From NCBI GenBank assembly GCA_965228485.1, contig OZ245819.1, positions 810,001-842,000 of the forward strand: a stretch of 32,000 bases of DNA, in the 5' to 3' direction. How positions within the stretch are numbered: position 1 is the first letter of the stretch; each line of letters starts with the position of its first letter. This document shows positions 30,447 to 32,000 of this stretch, piece after piece. This stretch comes from Candidatus Saccharimonadota bacterium (GTDB lineage: Bacteria > Patescibacteriota > Gracilibacteria > UBA4473). The notes under the pieces were generated by a model. That model saw nothing but the letters and a program-made list of their open reading frames with translations. It was not told the DNA's origin and ran no database searches. A program made the translations under genes and the position numbers.

Positions 30447-30863
30447 CTACTTATGACATCGACGACAAGTTCCCAAAAAGCCAAGGTGAACTTTTTTTAA
30501 TAAGAAGTCTTTTTCTCTTGCCAATTGATTTGCAATGGCATCGTGATAATCCAAAAATATCTCTTCAGCATAACCACAAGTATCACAAATAAGAAAGTGA
30601 TGCGATTCTTCGGTATTGTGAGGATCTGTACAGAGCTTCCACTTCCCTTGAAACTCATGAACTAAACGAACCTCTTGTAGTTTTTCTAACACTCGGTAAA
30701 TCGTTGTCACATCAAACCTATCATCAAGAACCTTTGCAATCTCATACGCAGATAAAAACACTTCCGAAGAGCTGAGAACCTTAAAAGTTTCACGTACAGC
30801 CAAGGTTAATCGCCAGGCTCGTTCTTTAAATCGAGTTTTTAATTCCGAAGATAAATCTACCAT
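30447..30863 (-). CDS. Fur-family metalloregulator (Fur/Zur/PerR type not resolvable)
   Basis: Winged-helix ITTIYRVLEKLQEVRLVHEF. HHFLICDTCG and C-terminal CRRCH give the two CxxC pairs of the structural Zn site. Confidence 0.85.
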   Translation of the reverse strand: MVDLSSELKTRFKERAWRLTLAVRETFKVLSSSEVFLSAYEIAKVLDDRFDVTTIYRVLEKLQEVRLVHEFQGKWKLCTDPHNTEESHHFLICDTCGYAEEIFLDYHDAIANQLAREKDFLLKKVHLGFLGTCRRCHK

Positions 30864-30866
30864 TTT

Positions 30867-31685
30867 TTATGTTACAAGTTTGATAAAATATTCTGGCTCC
30901 ACCAGCAAGAAGGCTCCAATAATGATAAGAATAATTCCTCCAATTAAGTTTGCTGTCTGGGTTATTTTTGGACTAAAAACTGTCAGCGAAAGAGTTTTGA
31001 TCGCGATAGTAAAGACGATCAAGTCATCAAGAATATAAGCAAAATCATAAATCAATAGCGCCGTAATTTTTTGCCACCATCCCAAATCCAAAGCAATAAG
31101 AGTAGAGGTAAATACCGTTGGAATAGCAAAAGAGCATAACAACTCAAAAGCATTGACCGAAAAAGCCAAAATAACCATTCCAAGGAGTAAAAAATAAATA
31201 TTTTCACGTTTTAAAATATCGGTGAGTTGTTGGTGAAATTTCTTTTTGCTCTCTATATCCCTAACCTCACATTCTATTCCCTTGCTTTTATAGTTTTTAA
31301 CCGCAAAGAATCCAGCCACTATAGCGATAATTCCAATCGCCATAAAAGCCCACTGCATGGCACTTGTTGCAATAAAACTTGTAAGCCACTGAAACCCTAT
31401 TAAATACGTAAAAAGAGCTGCTAGGTACAAGATTCCAGAACTAGCAATAAAAACTCCCCCAATAAGCCATCGACGACGAGAGTCTTCCATTGTCAGCAAA
31501 AAACCAAGCAATATAAACAGAGTCCACATAGCACAGGGATTAAACCCATCTACCAAGCCCAAAAGAAAACTCATAACGGGCCAAGAGTAATCCAATAACG
31601 GAGCCCACCAATGCCCAGCAGCTTGCTCACTCGCAAAAGCTACCCCTCCAAAAAGAAGACTTCCTAATATTAAAAAATATTTCAT
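30867..31685 (-). CDS. DsbD/CcdA-like polytopic membrane protein
   Basis: Signal-like MKYFLILGSLLFGGVAFA and the conserved LVDGFNPCAMW motif in the first TM segment, with about 6 TM helices. Start taken at ATG 31685. The alternative ATG 31703 would overlap the upstream gene by 17 nt. Confidence 0.65.
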   Translation of the reverse strand: MKYFLILGSLLFGGVAFASEQAAGHWWAPLLDYSWPVMSFLLGLVDGFNPCAMWTLFILLGFLLTMEDSRRRWLIGGVFIASSGILYLAALFTYLIGFQWLTSFIATSAMQWAFMAIGIIAIVAGFFAVKNYKSKGIECEVRDIESKKKFHQQLTDILKRENIYFLLLGMVILAFSVNAFELLCSFAIPTVFTSTLIALDLGWWQKITALLIYDFAYILDDLIVFTIAIKTLSLTVFSPKITQTANLIGGIILIIIGAFLLVEPEYFIKLVT

Positions 31686-31686
31686 T

Positions 31687-32000
31687 TTATTTTCTTCCAA
31701 CAAACAGAGCTCCCCCGATAAGTAAGGCCGCCCCTAAAATAATAAAAACTATCTTCGAACTCATTCCTTTTGGCTCTTCCGTCGTTTCTACTACAACATT
31801 TTCGTCAACTTCTAAAGGCGGTCCATACCGAGCCTCCAGTAAAGTTAAAATTTGGTCAGGAACAAAACCAACAACAACCTCGTCACCAATAATATTCGTA
31901 GGAACGCCCGATGGAGACATGTCTAACGCCTGCATTCTTTCTGTCCAAATTTTTTGATTTGCTACATCATGCCAAACCTCATATTCGTTAATCTGAATAT
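31687..32000 (-). CDS. glutaredoxin/thioredoxin-fold protein with C-terminal membrane anchor (5' end outside the window)
   Basis: The reading frame stays open to position 32000 (…IQINEYEVWHDVANQKIWTERMQALDMSPSGVPTNIIGDEVVVGF…). GVPT.IIGDEVVVGF is the Grx-like C-terminal pattern. C-terminal TM helix IVFIILGAALLIGGALFV. Confidence 0.6.
   Translation of the reverse strand, partial: IQINEYEVWHDVANQKIWTERMQALDMSPSGVPTNIIGDEVVVGFVPDQILTLLEARYGPPLEVDENVVVETTEEPKGMSSKIVFIILGAALLIGGALFVGRK

Overview
AT-rich, very gene-dense bacterial chromosomal segment with about 40 credible CDS. I found no rRNA, tRNA, CRISPR array, transposase/integrase or prophage signal. The code is standard: TGA is used as a stop (trpF, HAD gene). 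Shine-Dalgarno motifs are essentially absent. Many sigma70-like -10 boxes sit only 6-11 nt before start codons, which suggests leaderless-style expression. The lineage cannot be assigned from the sequence alone.

Housekeeping content: guaB fragment, cyclophilin lipoprotein, aspS, efp, grpE, mnmA, trmB, rny, and a Fur-family regulator next to a Grx-like/DsbD-like membrane pair.

Amino-acid metabolism is heavily represented: aroD; a split trp cluster (trpC-trpF-HAD-SDR, then trpB-x-trpA bracketed by two VanW paralogs); serB-serA-serC; glyA; and a three-gene operon. That operon encodes an FMO/NMO-like flavoprotein, a free-Met-sulfoxide-reductase-like GAF protein and a divergent MetA-family acyltransferase.

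The most novel signals are leader elements:
(1) A Met-codon-rich leader peptide (MAMTMMMTSLKRSGRISA) with a complete 1:2 / 2:3 / 3:4 antiterminator-terminator set lies in front of the flavoprotein-GAF-MetA operon. It looks like a methionine leader-peptide attenuator.
(2) Two copies of a short uORF ending RPxGKGRKE(I/V)-stop lie in the serA-serC and glyA leaders. Within the conserved codons they differ only at synonymous third positions, and each is followed by an intrinsic terminator.
(3) Perfect palindromes cover the trpC promoter/start and the trpB promoter; the trpB one resembles a TrpR operator.

All functional readings are inferences from manual sequence reading. No database search or folding calculation could be run.
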